A stretch of 64,000 nt of DNA from assembly GCA_024234975.1 (NCBI GenBank), contig JACKNH010000015.1, forward strand, positions 20,733-84,732, in the 5' to 3' direction. The notes under the pieces were generated by a model that worked only from the letters and a program-made list of their open reading frames with translations, was not told where the DNA came from and ran no database searches. This stretch comes from Gammaproteobacteria bacterium. GTDB taxonomy: Bacteria > Pseudomonadota > Gammaproteobacteria > Ga0077536. Shown here one piece after another: positions 37,243-46,696 of this stretch (the first letter of the stretch is position 1; the number at the start of each line of letters is the position of its first letter). A program made the translations under genes and the position numbers.

Positions 37243-38247
37243 ATGCGAAGCGCACCCATGGCAGCCGACCCGCTGCAACATGATGGACAGGTCGACGACA
37301 TGGATGCCAACAACGCTGATGACATGCTCCTGGTGGAGCAGTTCTTCCATGGCTCGCAGGCGCTGGGCGAAATCCGCGAAGCGATGGCCGGCAGCATGGC
37401 CCGGCTGAACGACGAGAGCCGGCGCGCAGGGGAGCAGCGGGCGGTATTCGCCACCGGTGCGCAGCAGCTTGCCCGGATGGAAGGTACGCTCGGCGCCATC
37501 GGTCAACGCGCCACTGCCTGCCTGACCGGCATCAGCAACATCGACGACCTCGTCACCCAGGTGCGTCAGTTCGTCGAAGTGATCGATACCATCTCCAAGC
37601 AGACCAATCTGCTCGCACTGAACTCCGCCGTTGAAGCCGCGCGTGCCGGTGTTCACGGCAAGGGTTTCGCTGTACTTGCGACAGCGGTACGTGAGTTGGC
37701 AACTGAAACCCGCGAAGCTGCCCACAGCATCAGTGAAGCGGTATCCGGTATGGAAGAAGCGGCCGCCACGGCAGGTGGCGATGTCAATGATATGGCAACC
37801 GAGGCCGGCACCCTGGCCGAGTCCACGCGAAGCTTCAGTCAGGACATGAAAGGCCTGCTGGATGCGTCACAATCCCTGCACGATACGGTCAATATCGCGG
37901 CGCGCCAGAGCTTCATCAACACCGTGAAAATGGATCACGTGGTGTGGAAGTCGGAGCTGTATCGGATGATTTTCGGTTTCTCCGGCAAGAAGCTGGACGA
38001 ATTCGCCGACCATACGCAATGCCGGCTGGGTAAATGGTATTACACCGGTGAGGGTGCGCAGTTGTATCGCGGCAACCGCGCCTTTCAGGCGCTGGATAAA
38101 CCGCACGCCGGTGTGCATCAGAGCGGCATCGAAGCCGCCCGGCTGGCCTCCCAGGGTGACTTCGATGGTTGCCGCGCGGCGTTGGCCGCGATGGAGCGCT
38201 ACAGCTTCCAGGTCATGTCCGCTTTGAGTGATCTCGCCGCTGACTGA
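37243..38247 (+). CDS. Soluble methyl-accepting-chemotaxis-like protein with C-terminal CZB (chemoreceptor zinc-binding) domain
   Basis: ATG 37243 with GGAG 7 nt upstream. Signalling hairpin tip [38 protein letters not shown]-terminal [12 protein letters not shown]...[11 protein letters not shown]...HAGVH matches the CZB His/Cys pattern. No TM segment. Confidence 0.8.
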   Translation: MRSAPMAADPLQHDGQVDDMDANNADDMLLVEQFFHGSQALGEIREAMAGSMARLNDESRRAGEQRAVFATGAQQLARMEGTLGAIGQRATACLTGISNIDDLVTQVRQFVEVIDTISKQTNLLALNSAVEAARAGVHGKGFAVLATAVRELATETREAAHSISEAVSGMEEAAATAGGDVNDMATEAGTLAESTRSFSQDMKGLLDASQSLHDTVNIAARQSFINTVKMDHVVWKSELYRMIFGFSGKKLDEFADHTQCRLGKWYYTGEGAQLYRGNRAFQALDKPHAGVHQSGIEAARLASQGDFDGCRAALAAMERYSFQVMSALSDLAAD

Positions 38248-38283
38248 GCTTTCACCGCGACGGCGGATTCCTTTCCCGACAAC

Positions 38284-39450
38284 TCAATCCGGCAGATCTG
38301 ATCGGAACGAGCGATCATCACAGTTGTACGTTTCGTAGGGCAGATCGGAAACGTACAGCACGTCACGTCCCTGGTGGACGCCTTCGAAGTACAGCGGGTC
38401 CACCGCTTCGTATTCGCGGACGAGCGCCGATTGCGCAGGGTCGACGCGGAAGCGCTCGGTCACCTGGAACTCGCCGCTGTGCGGTGTACGCGTGTCGGCA
38501 GACAAAATGCCGGGCAGAAATCCACGCGTGGTGACCGTCAGCACATCGTTGTCCCAATGGCCTATCGAATAACCGCCGCGGCTGGGCGCGAGGTTGGCAG
38601 GAAAATCACTCTGGTCCAGATGAATCGTTCGCACCAGGCTCATCAGCCCGTAGGTCAATGTGATGGTCGATTCGGTCTGCTCGACGCGGTTGATCGGGTT
38701 GTCGAAGGTCCAGTCGAACAGAATGTTGGTGGTTTCACAGCGCAGGCGCGGATTGTCAGTGGAGGAACCATCGAAGTTGGCCACCGCCTGCTTGCCGGCC
38801 TCGGTCAATGGGCGCAGGCTGGGCCGTCGCCAGGTGGTTCCCAGCGGGTCATCGGTAAAGGATTCCGGTGTGCCACGTGAACCGGGAAAGGCGCGGGCGC
38901 CTTCCGGCAACTGGCCCGGGTCGAGCGTCGTGACGACGCTGATCGGCAGCAACGCGCCAGCCTGACCTCGCGGATCGGTCATCACCACCTGTTCCGCGGC
39001 CCAGTCACCGCTTATCACGGGATCGCCGTTGGCCAGGCGTTGCAGCGTCATCGGTTTGCGTGCGAGTTTCTCGGCTTTCACCAGTTGCCCGTAGCGATTC
39101 ATGCTGTCGCCATTGGCCAGCGTGATGGTGCCCATGTAGCACGTGTTTTCCTTGAAGCGGTCGGGCGAGCCGGTGATGCGGATGGTGGAACCGGTGACAA
39201 ACATCTCCTTGGACCAGCCGGAACGTTTCAGCACCGTGCCGCCACGTAATTCACATTTCCATTGGCTGACACTGCCGTCGGCATTCTTCACATCGACGTA
39301 GATCCACGAGTGCGGATTGACGAACGCGATGTCGGCGATCGTGCCTTCGATCGCGATGTCCTTGTTCAAATCAAAATTCGCAATGCCGTGGTGGGCGGAG
39401 GACAGGGTCGGAAGCAACATTACGGCTGCGGCCAGTGCATACGGTTTCAT
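38284..39450 (-). CDS. Exported protein with N-terminal DUF6152-like domain and a large uncharacterised C-terminal region
   Basis: ATG 39450. Signal peptide MKPYALAAAVMLLPTLSSA/HHG. HHGIANFDLNKDIAIEGTIADIAFVNPHSWIYVDVKNADGSVSQWKCELRGGTVLKRSGW resembles the DUF6152 pattern. The remaining ~270 aa are unassigned. Confidence 0.6.
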   Translation of the reverse strand: MKPYALAAAVMLLPTLSSAHHGIANFDLNKDIAIEGTIADIAFVNPHSWIYVDVKNADGSVSQWKCELRGGTVLKRSGWSKEMFVTGSTIRITGSPDRFKENTCYMGTITLANGDSMNRYGQLVKAEKLARKPMTLQRLANGDPVISGDWAAEQVVMTDPRGQAGALLPISVVTTLDPGQLPEGARAFPGSRGTPESFTDDPLGTTWRRPSLRPLTEAGKQAVANFDGSSTDNPRLRCETTNILFDWTFDNPINRVEQTESTITLTYGLMSLVRTIHLDQSDFPANLAPSRGGYSIGHWDNDVLTVTTRGFLPGILSADTRTPHSGEFQVTERFRVDPAQSALVREYEAVDPLYFEGVHQGRDVLYVSDLPYETYNCDDRSFRSDLPD

Positions 39451-39582
39451 CGGTGTGCCTTGTACGGTTTGGTTGCGGTGCAGGAACAGCCCATCGGGGA
39501 CGAAGCTGCCACACGATAACAGCATTCCGGCATCCGTGCGTCATGCCGTTGCGACGAATTCGTTTTGCGATGCGATTGCGCC

Positions 39583-40530
39583 ATGCGAGACTTGTTCAGG
39601 CCGGCCGTACTGCAGCAGACGCTTGCGAAAAATGGCCGTGCGGTATTCAAGGGAGGCGATGTGGGAGAAAGGATATTCATCAGTTATCGGCGTGCCGATA
39701 CCGCCGGCCATGCCGGTCGTATCAGTGATGCGCTCCAACATCGCTTCGGCCGCTCGGTGGTCTTTCTCGACGTGGATTCCATCGCGGCCGGCGTTGATTT
39801 CGTCCAGACGTTGGCGGCAGCCATCGAGGGCGCGGACGTTGTGCTGATATTAATCGGCAATACCTGGCTGGAAAGTCACGATACCAATGGCGCACGGCGG
39901 CTGGATAATCCGCACGATCCGGTCCGGCAGGAAATCGAAGCGGCACTGCAGCGGCCGGGATTGACTGTCATTCCGGTACTGGTCGAAGGTGTGCGCATGC
40001 CGTCGGCAGCCGATTTACCACCGTCAATGGCGCGGCTGAGCCGGCTGCAGGCAATCGAATTGTCCGAACAACGTTGGGACTTTGATTTGCGGCGTCTGGG
40101 TGATGCGATCACGGCAACGTCCGGCGCCGGCTTCGCCCGTACCGCACGGCGCTGGATCGCGGCGGTGGCGGTGGTCGTCGGAGTCGCGGCCGTCACCGGC
40201 TGGAATCTCTATTTCCGCGGCCCTTCACCGGACGAGGTCAAAGGCGTCTGGTATCTGGCCAATGGCAGCTTCTGGACAGTGACGAGCCAGGATGGAGCGT
40301 TATGGGTGGACGAAACCCACTACGAATCGCACGACGTCTGGAAGCATGGTCCGGCGACGCTGAACCGTCACGGTATGGAAGTCGACCTTGATCTGGTCTT
40401 CGCCCGCGAACCGTTCCGTTACCATTACACGCTACGGCTCGATGGCGATGACCAGTTACTCACGGGCACCGTGCAGCGTACCGATCAAACTGCAGGATCA
40501 CCTGCGCGTCTGACGCGCCAGAAGCCGTGA
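39583..40530 (+). CDS. TIR-domain protein with a central transmembrane helix and a C-terminal extracytoplasmic domain
   Basis: TIR_2-type pattern RIFISYRRADTAGHAGRISDALQHRFGRSVVFLDVDSIAAGVDFVQTLAAAIEGADVVLILIGNTWLES...DPVRQEIEAAL. TM helix WIAAVAVVVGVAAVTGWNLYF (about 40153-40215), then ~105 aa. The start is ambiguous: ATG 39583, or GTG 39661 with GGGAGG 4 nt upstream. Confidence 0.8.
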   Translation: MRDLFRPAVLQQTLAKNGRAVFKGGDVGERIFISYRRADTAGHAGRISDALQHRFGRSVVFLDVDSIAAGVDFVQTLAAAIEGADVVLILIGNTWLESHDTNGARRLDNPHDPVRQEIEAALQRPGLTVIPVLVEGVRMPSAADLPPSMARLSRLQAIELSEQRWDFDLRRLGDAITATSGAGFARTARRWIAAVAVVVGVAAVTGWNLYFRGPSPDEVKGVWYLANGSFWTVTSQDGALWVDETHYESHDVWKHGPATLNRHGMEVDLDLVFAREPFRYHYTLRLDGDDQLLTGTVQRTDQTAGSPARLTRQKP

Positions 40531-40622
40531 CCATCGCCGTAAATTGAGGTGGATCAGGGCGCGGCTGCGCGGCACAACGTATTCCTTCCGACCATGTCAG
40601 TGCATCGCGCGGGGACACCGTG

Positions 40623-41321
40623 ATGGAAAATGCTGATTCACCGGGGCAGGAGCGGGCACAGATGCTGGCGGCGATCCGGCGCTCGGCATTCGAATCTGCC
40701 CGCTACACCCATCATCCGCAATTGGGTGAACGCACGTTGCATGCCGTTGCCAATGTGCCGCGCGACCGCTTCGTACCGCCGGATCTGCGTGACTTCGCCT
40801 ATCGCAACCGGCCCTTGCCCATCGGCGCTGGGCAGACCATCTCACAACCGATGATCGTCGCCTTGATGACGGATTTGCTCGCGCCGACGGCGACCGACAC
40901 CGTGCTGGAGATCGGCACCGGTTCCGGCTACCAGGCCGCGGTGCTGGCCCGGCTATGCAAACACGTGTATTCCATCGAGGTGATACCGGAACTCGCCCGC
41001 TCGTCAGCCGCGTTGCTCGCCGACCTGGGCTACAGCAATGTGACGGTCTGCCAGGGGGACGGCTACGCAGGCCTGCCGGAACACGCGCCGTATGACGGCA
41101 TCATTGTGACGGCGGCGCCGGCAACCGTACCGCCACCGTTGATCGAGCAACTCAAGGTGGGCGGACGCATGGTCATTCCGGTGGGAGCGCAAGGCGGGCA
41201 CCAGGATCTGGTGCTGATCGAAAAGGCCAACGATGGCACGCTCAAACAGCGTGCTGTATTGCCGGTCGCGTTTGTTCCGTTCACCGGCAGCCACGGCGAT
41301 GGCGGAGCGGCCGCGCAATGA
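40623..41321 (+). CDS. pcm: Protein-L-isoaspartate O-methyltransferase
   Basis: PIGAGQTISQPMIVALMTDLL and the SAM motif VLEIGTGSGYQAAVLA. The track starts one codon earlier at GTG 40620. Confidence 0.9.
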   Translation: MENADSPGQERAQMLAAIRRSAFESARYTHHPQLGERTLHAVANVPRDRFVPPDLRDFAYRNRPLPIGAGQTISQPMIVALMTDLLAPTATDTVLEIGTGSGYQAAVLARLCKHVYSIEVIPELARSSAALLADLGYSNVTVCQGDGYAGLPEHAPYDGIIVTAAPATVPPPLIEQLKVGGRMVIPVGAQGGHQDLVLIEKANDGTLKQRAVLPVAFVPFTGSHGDGGAAAQ

Positions 41322-41336
41322 AATCCGGCGCACAAT

Positions 41337-42929
41337 ATGGTTGATGCCGATGCTCATCTGGTGGGCGGCGGTATCGCCAGCCTGGCTGCTGCCGTTTACC
41401 TGATTCGCGATGGGGGCTTCACGCCGGGACGTATCCACATCTACGAATCCCGAGCCATTGCCGGTGGCAGTCTGGATGGCGCCGGCACCGCCGATACGGG
41501 ATACCTGATTCGCGGTGGTCGCATGTTCGAAGAGCACTTTGTCTGCACCTTCGATCTGTTACGCAGTATCCCGGCGCCCGACAGTTCCGTACGTTCGGTC
41601 GCTGACGACATCAAGGGTTTCAGCCGCGCTACGGTGACCGGGTCCAACGCTCGCCTGGTGGCGGCCGGCAACAGAATCGAAGCGCCGGCGTTCGGACTCA
41701 GCCTGCGCGATCGCCTGGCCATGTTGAAGCTGGCGTTGGCGGCAGAGGAAACCCTCGCAGGGTTGACCATTGCGGACTGGTTCAGCATGCATTTCCTTGC
41801 CAGCGACTTCTGGTTGATGTGGAGCACGATGTTCGCGTTCCGTGAATGGCACAGCGCCGCGGAATTCCGCCGCTATATGCGGCGTTTCATGCATCTGCTG
41901 CCAGGCTTCAATCGGCTGCGCGGCATCCTGCGGACACGTCTGAATCAATATGATTCCATCGTTGCGCCGCTGATCGACTGGTTGACCGCGCAAGGGGTGG
42001 AATTGTTGCTGAATACCACGGTTACCAACGTCGACTTTGATGCCCAAACGCGCAACGTCACGGCGTTGTCGCTGGCCATGGCGGGTTCTTCCCGAACAGT
42101 CGCGGTGACTCCCGAGGACCGGGTTTTCATCACGCTCGGCTCAATGACCGAAGCGGCAAGCACCGGTGATATCGAGACGCCGCCTTCAGCGATTGACCCC
42201 GCGCAAGCGTGGCCCGACCAGGGCGCCTGGGCCCTCTGGCAGAATCTAGCCCGCCGCAGCGATCAATTCGGTCGGCCCGAGGTCTTTGCAGGCAAAGTTG
42301 CCCGCACGCAGTGGGTATCGTTCACCGTTACGTTGCGCGATGCCGGGTTTTTCGAATACATGCGCCAGTTCACCGCTACTGCAGCGGGCGCCGGGGGACT
42401 GGTCACCTTCAAGCATTCCGCCTGGACGCTGTCGGTGGTGTTGGCTCACCAACCGCACTTCGCCAATCAACCTGAGGATACGTTCGTATTCTGGGGCTAT
42501 GGATTGCGCCCGGAGGGCCGCGGTGAAGTGACTGGCAAGACGATGCCGGAGTGCAGTGGCCGTGAAATCCTTGCCGAACTTGCCCATCAGCTGCGGTTGC
42601 CCGCCGATCTGGCAGCAACACTGTTCCGCACCGCGAACTGCATTCCCTGCCTGATGCCGTATATCACCAGCCAGTTCATGCCGCGTCATGGGGGTGATCG
42701 ACCGGCGGTGATTCCGCCGGGCGCACAGAACTTTGCCTTCCTCGGTCAATACGTGGAGATGGCCGATGACACGGTGTTCACGGTGGAGTATTCCGTGCGC
42801 AGTGCACAGCAGGCCGTGTACGGGCTGTGTGTTCCGGGCCGTCCGGTAACGCCACTGTACAAGAGCTTCGAAAAATTGCCGGTCCGCTTGCGCGCCCTGA
42901 AGGTGATGGTGAGTAACGGCAGGCTTTGA
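41337..42929 (+). CDS. ohyA: Oleate hydratase (MCRA family, FAD-dependent)
   Basis: FAD-binding AHLVGGGIASLAAAVYLIRDG, then GGSLDGAG...GYLIRGGRMFEEHFVCTFDLLRSIP, characteristic of MCRA/oleate hydratases. Confidence 0.8.
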   Translation: MVDADAHLVGGGIASLAAAVYLIRDGGFTPGRIHIYESRAIAGGSLDGAGTADTGYLIRGGRMFEEHFVCTFDLLRSIPAPDSSVRSVADDIKGFSRATVTGSNARLVAAGNRIEAPAFGLSLRDRLAMLKLALAAEETLAGLTIADWFSMHFLASDFWLMWSTMFAFREWHSAAEFRRYMRRFMHLLPGFNRLRGILRTRLNQYDSIVAPLIDWLTAQGVELLLNTTVTNVDFDAQTRNVTALSLAMAGSSRTVAVTPEDRVFITLGSMTEAASTGDIETPPSAIDPAQAWPDQGAWALWQNLARRSDQFGRPEVFAGKVARTQWVSFTVTLRDAGFFEYMRQFTATAAGAGGLVTFKHSAWTLSVVLAHQPHFANQPEDTFVFWGYGLRPEGRGEVTGKTMPECSGREILAELAHQLRLPADLAATLFRTANCIPCLMPYITSQFMPRHGGDRPAVIPPGAQNFAFLGQYVEMADDTVFTVEYSVRSAQQAVYGLCVPGRPVTPLYKSFEKLPVRLRALKVMVSNGRL

Positions 42930-43032
42930 TGCCGCGGCGCGACCCCGCGTGCGTCGTGGTATGCGGCCGGCATCAGTGCGCTGGGCGCCGATGCCGGCCG
43001 GAGAATGCTACAAACGGTTGGTAAGGGTTACA

Positions 43033-44544
43033 TCAGATCTTCATCAATACCGATTTCATTTCGGTGTAAAGCTCGATGCCTTCATGGCCTTGTTCACGAC
43101 CCATGCCGGATTGCTTGAAACCACCGAACGGCAGGGCAGCGTCGATCAGGTGATGGCAGTTCACCCACACCGTGCCCGCTTCGATGCGCTTGGCAAGACG
43201 ATGGGCGAGACTCAGATCACGCGTCCACACACTGGCGGCGAGACCGTACTCGGTATCGTTGGCCTGCGCGGCGAGGTCATCCGCTGTTGAGAACTTGTTG
43301 GCGACCAGCACCGGCCCGAAAATCTCCTCGCGATACAACGTGGATTGCGGACCACAGCCTTTGAAGATGGTGGGCTGAACAAAGTAGCCCTTGTCGCCAT
43401 GACGACCGCCACCGACGACCACCTCACCACCTTCGCTGACACCTTTTTCGATGTAGCCCAGCACGCGGTCGTGTTGTTCCTTGGAGACCAGCGGCCCCAT
43501 TTGCGACGCCGGGTTGCGGCCACCACCCAGTTGCATCGATTTGGCGATTTCCGCCATGCCACCGACGACGTCGTCGTAAATCTTTTCATCAACGAACAGG
43601 CGTGTGCCGGCGACACAGACCTGGCCGTGATTGAAGAAGATGGCATTGGCGGCGCCGGGGATCGCTTCGTTGAGATCAGCATCAGCTGCGATCACAACAG
43701 GCGACTTGCCGCCCAGTTCCAGCGACACGCGCTTGAGCGAATCCATGGCGACCTTGCCGATATGCTTGCCGACGGGCGTTGAGCCGGTGAAGGCGATTTT
43801 CTTCACCAGCGGATGTTCAACGATCGCAGCGCCCGCGGTCTGGCCGAAACCGGTGACGAGGTTGATCACGCCGGCGGGAATGCCTGCCTGTTCGGCAAGT
43901 TCGACCAGGCGGATGGCGGTCAGTGGGGTTTGTTCCGCGGGTTTCAGGATACTGGTGCAACCACAGGCCAACGCCGGCGCCAGTTTCAGTGCCGCCATCA
44001 CCAGCGGGAAATTCCACGGAATGATCTGGCCGACCACGCCCACCGGTTGGCGCAGCGTGAAGGCGTGAAACTCGGTGTTCGGAATTCCGATGGAGACATT
44101 GGTGGTGCTGCCCTGGATCTTGGTCGTCCAACCCGCGTAGTAACGAATCAGGTTGACCGCGGCGGGCACGTCGACCATCTGCGCGTACATGACCAGCTTG
44201 CCGTTATCCAGCGATTCGAGTTCAGCGAGTTCTGCGGCATGCGCTTCCACCAGATCAGCCCATTTCAACAGCAGTGCTTCACGCACCGCCGGAATCATGC
44301 GTGACCAGTCAGAATCGTAGAACGCGCGTGAAGCAGCCCTGGCGGCACGGTCGACGTCTTCGGCTTCACCGGCGGCGACTTTGCAGATGACCTGTTCGGT
44401 GGCGGGATCAATGGTATCGAAGGTCTTGCCCGACGCCGCGTCCACCCACTTGCCGTCGATGTACAACTTCTGCGTGCGCGAGATGAATTTGGTGACAGCC
44501 GGACTCAAGTCCGAGAACTCCTGCACGAGTGCAGCCTGGGCCAT
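43033..44544 (-). CDS. NAD(P)-dependent aldehyde dehydrogenase
   Basis: ATG 44544 with AGGAGG upstream. Motifs FTGSTPVGK, SLELGGKSP and catalytic FFNHGQVCVAGTR. 503 aa. Confidence 0.9.
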   Translation of the reverse strand: MAQAALVQEFSDLSPAVTKFISRTQKLYIDGKWVDAASGKTFDTIDPATEQVICKVAAGEAEDVDRAARAASRAFYDSDWSRMIPAVREALLLKWADLVEAHAAELAELESLDNGKLVMYAQMVDVPAAVNLIRYYAGWTTKIQGSTTNVSIGIPNTEFHAFTLRQPVGVVGQIIPWNFPLVMAALKLAPALACGCTSILKPAEQTPLTAIRLVELAEQAGIPAGVINLVTGFGQTAGAAIVEHPLVKKIAFTGSTPVGKHIGKVAMDSLKRVSLELGGKSPVVIAADADLNEAIPGAANAIFFNHGQVCVAGTRLFVDEKIYDDVVGGMAEIAKSMQLGGGRNPASQMGPLVSKEQHDRVLGYIEKGVSEGGEVVVGGGRHGDKGYFVQPTIFKGCGPQSTLYREEIFGPVLVANKFSTADDLAAQANDTEYGLAASVWTRDLSLAHRLAKRIEAGTVWVNCHHLIDAALPFGGFKQSGMGREQGHEGIELYTEMKSVLMKI

Positions 44545-44785
44545 GGGATTCCTCCTGTTGATTGCGGTTCGAAAGCGGGCAGGGAGACAACGCGCGAATT
44601 CCGCGACGATGGTCGCGGCGATCACGCCTGGCTGATTACCAGGGCGCGGCAGCCTCCAGGTTGGCCCGCATGATAACGGGTTACGGCGCGCCGTGAACAG
44701 CAGCGCCGGCCGCTACCGCGGCGGCTGTCGGACCATCCTCAACAGGCGCCGAGGAACGATTGTGAAATCAACGGATTGCTGGTGC

Positions 44786-46357
44786 TCAGTCAGGCAGATT
44801 GTCGAACAGAACTCTGACCGCTTCACGCGGAATATCCGCAGCGGATACCTGTTCACCGAGCACCAGAGTCTGTGCGCCGCCGCTGTTTGCAGGCCAATGC
44901 GGCAGACCCTCACCGTTGGGGTTGCCGGTGCGGATGAAATTCACCCAGTAGCGGGCCGTGGTATCGGCCAGCTGGTGATCGACAGCCGTCCACGGCCGCG
45001 GCAGCAGATCGAGATTGTCGAACACGTACGGGACTTCCGCGGTGTGAAAAGCGCCGAACCGCGGATACTCGGGCCACGGTATCGCGCGCTCAAAGTAGTA
45101 GAGGTAGGCCGGTGTCGTTGCCGAACGTGCGCGCAGTGCGCTCAGCCATTGCATCCCCAGCAGTCCGCGATCACGTCCCAGCGCGATGGCGGCCTGCGCA
45201 GCCGCAGCATCCGAGCTGGTGTCATAAAGCGCCAATACGCGATCGGCGGCATCGCCATAGCGCTCTTTCACCTGCGCCGCGAAGCTTGCGGTATCGGCTT
45301 CGCCATAACCCGGAAACGCGCTGGCTTCGTCGGCGTTCATACCGCTCATCATGGGAACATCATGCTGCATGCCGGATGCGTAAACCGTGGCCAGATCTTC
45401 AGCCAGCAACCAGCCGTCGACGGTCGGTCCGAACCTGACCGCGGGCGGACCTGCTTGCTGCGGCATCAGCGCCGCGGCCGGCAGTGCGCGGAGGGCTGCG
45501 ATGGAATCCACCTTCAAGGACCGGGCGAACGCAACACCGGCATGTTCGGCCTCAGCGCGCGGCGTGGCCATCCCTGCGATACCCGACATGCCAAATGACG
45601 CCAGGGCACCAGGGCCGCTTTGTACAATCGCCCGCTGGAACAGGTCTTTGGCCAGCGGCGAGGCAGTCAGCATGTACACCGACATCGCACCGGCGGATTG
45701 CCCGGCGATGGTGACGTTATCCGGATCACCCCCGAAATTGCCGATGTTGCGCTTCACCCATTTGAGCGCCGCGATCTGATCGAGCAGACCGTAGTTGCCG
45801 GATGCGTTGTGCGGTGATTCGGCGGTCAGTTCCGGGTGGGCCAGAAAGCCGAATACGCCCAGGCGATAGTTGACCGTGACAACGATGATGCCGCGCCGGG
45901 CCAACGCGGCGCCGTCGTATACCGCGACGTTACCGGAACCTTCGTTGAAGCCACCACCGTGCATGTACACCAGCACTGGCAACGGCGCGACCGGCGTGGC
46001 AGCGGTAGCCCAGATATTGATGAACAGGCAGTCCTCGGAGATTTCGCCCTGGTGCATGAATGGCTCGGTCCACGGTGGACGTGAGTAGGCCAGCGGCTGC
46101 ATGCAGCCAGCCCCCGGCTTGTCCGCGGCGCGCACGCCCTGCCAGGCCGCCGCCAGCGCCGGCGGTTGCCAGCGTAACGCACCGACCGGCGGTGCGGCAT
46201 AAGGAATGCCCAGATAGGCGTTGACGCCATCCAGGCGTGCCGGAGCACCTTCGATACGCCCTTGCTCGACAGTGATGGAACGCTCGGCGGCGCTGGCGCT
46301 GAAAGCCAGATGCAATGTCGTCAGCAGGGCAAGGGCGAATCCGGCGGGTGTGGTCAT
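44786..46357 (-). CDS. Type B carboxylesterase/lipase family protein, secreted
   Basis: Signal peptide MTTPAGFALALLTTLHLAFSASAAE. Oxyanion HGGGFNEGSG. Nucleophile elbow IAGQSAGAMSV (GxSxG). Confidence 0.85.
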   Translation of the reverse strand: MTTPAGFALALLTTLHLAFSASAAERSITVEQGRIEGAPARLDGVNAYLGIPYAAPPVGALRWQPPALAAAWQGVRAADKPGAGCMQPLAYSRPPWTEPFMHQGEISEDCLFINIWATAATPVAPLPVLVYMHGGGFNEGSGNVAVYDGAALARRGIIVVTVNYRLGVFGFLAHPELTAESPHNASGNYGLLDQIAALKWVKRNIGNFGGDPDNVTIAGQSAGAMSVYMLTASPLAKDLFQRAIVQSGPGALASFGMSGIAGMATPRAEAEHAGVAFARSLKVDSIAALRALPAAALMPQQAGPPAVRFGPTVDGWLLAEDLATVYASGMQHDVPMMSGMNADEASAFPGYGEADTASFAAQVKERYGDAADRVLALYDTSSDAAAAQAAIALGRDRGLLGMQWLSALRARSATTPAYLYYFERAIPWPEYPRFGAFHTAEVPYVFDNLDLLPRPWTAVDHQLADTTARYWVNFIRTGNPNGEGLPHWPANSGGAQTLVLGEQVSAADIPREAVRVLFDNLPD

Positions 46358-46696
46358 CGATCAGTTCCATTGGTTTGGCGGCGGATAAGTCAGCAAGTAT
46401 ACGTGACGCCCTGCCAGGGGCGCCGTACCGGTTGCGGTGGCAACCCTACTCGCAAGGCCCGGAATCATTAAATTGTTAAGACACCAATAGGGCAAGCCCG
46501 TATATGTCAGGCCTGTTTTTCAGCTGCGGGAACCTTTGGTGCGGCACGAGCGTGATCCGGATAGCCGTCTCTGACCGCTTACCGGACACGCTGCCAGCCG
46601 ATACCTGGGCTTGCGGCACCGGAACGCGGCGCATCCGCGGCACGGACCAAAGGTGCCATGAAAGGCATCGATTTTTATTAACTCTGGGGACTCACT

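Noticed and set aside
39583-40530. Thoeris (ThsB TIR plus ThsA) or other known multi-gene TIR defence system.
   Set aside because: No SIR2/SLOG/macro-TM ThsA-like gene, STING, SAVED or Argonaute partner is adjacent. The only macro-domain gene (17761..18270) is 21 kb away and looks like ordinary ymdB.
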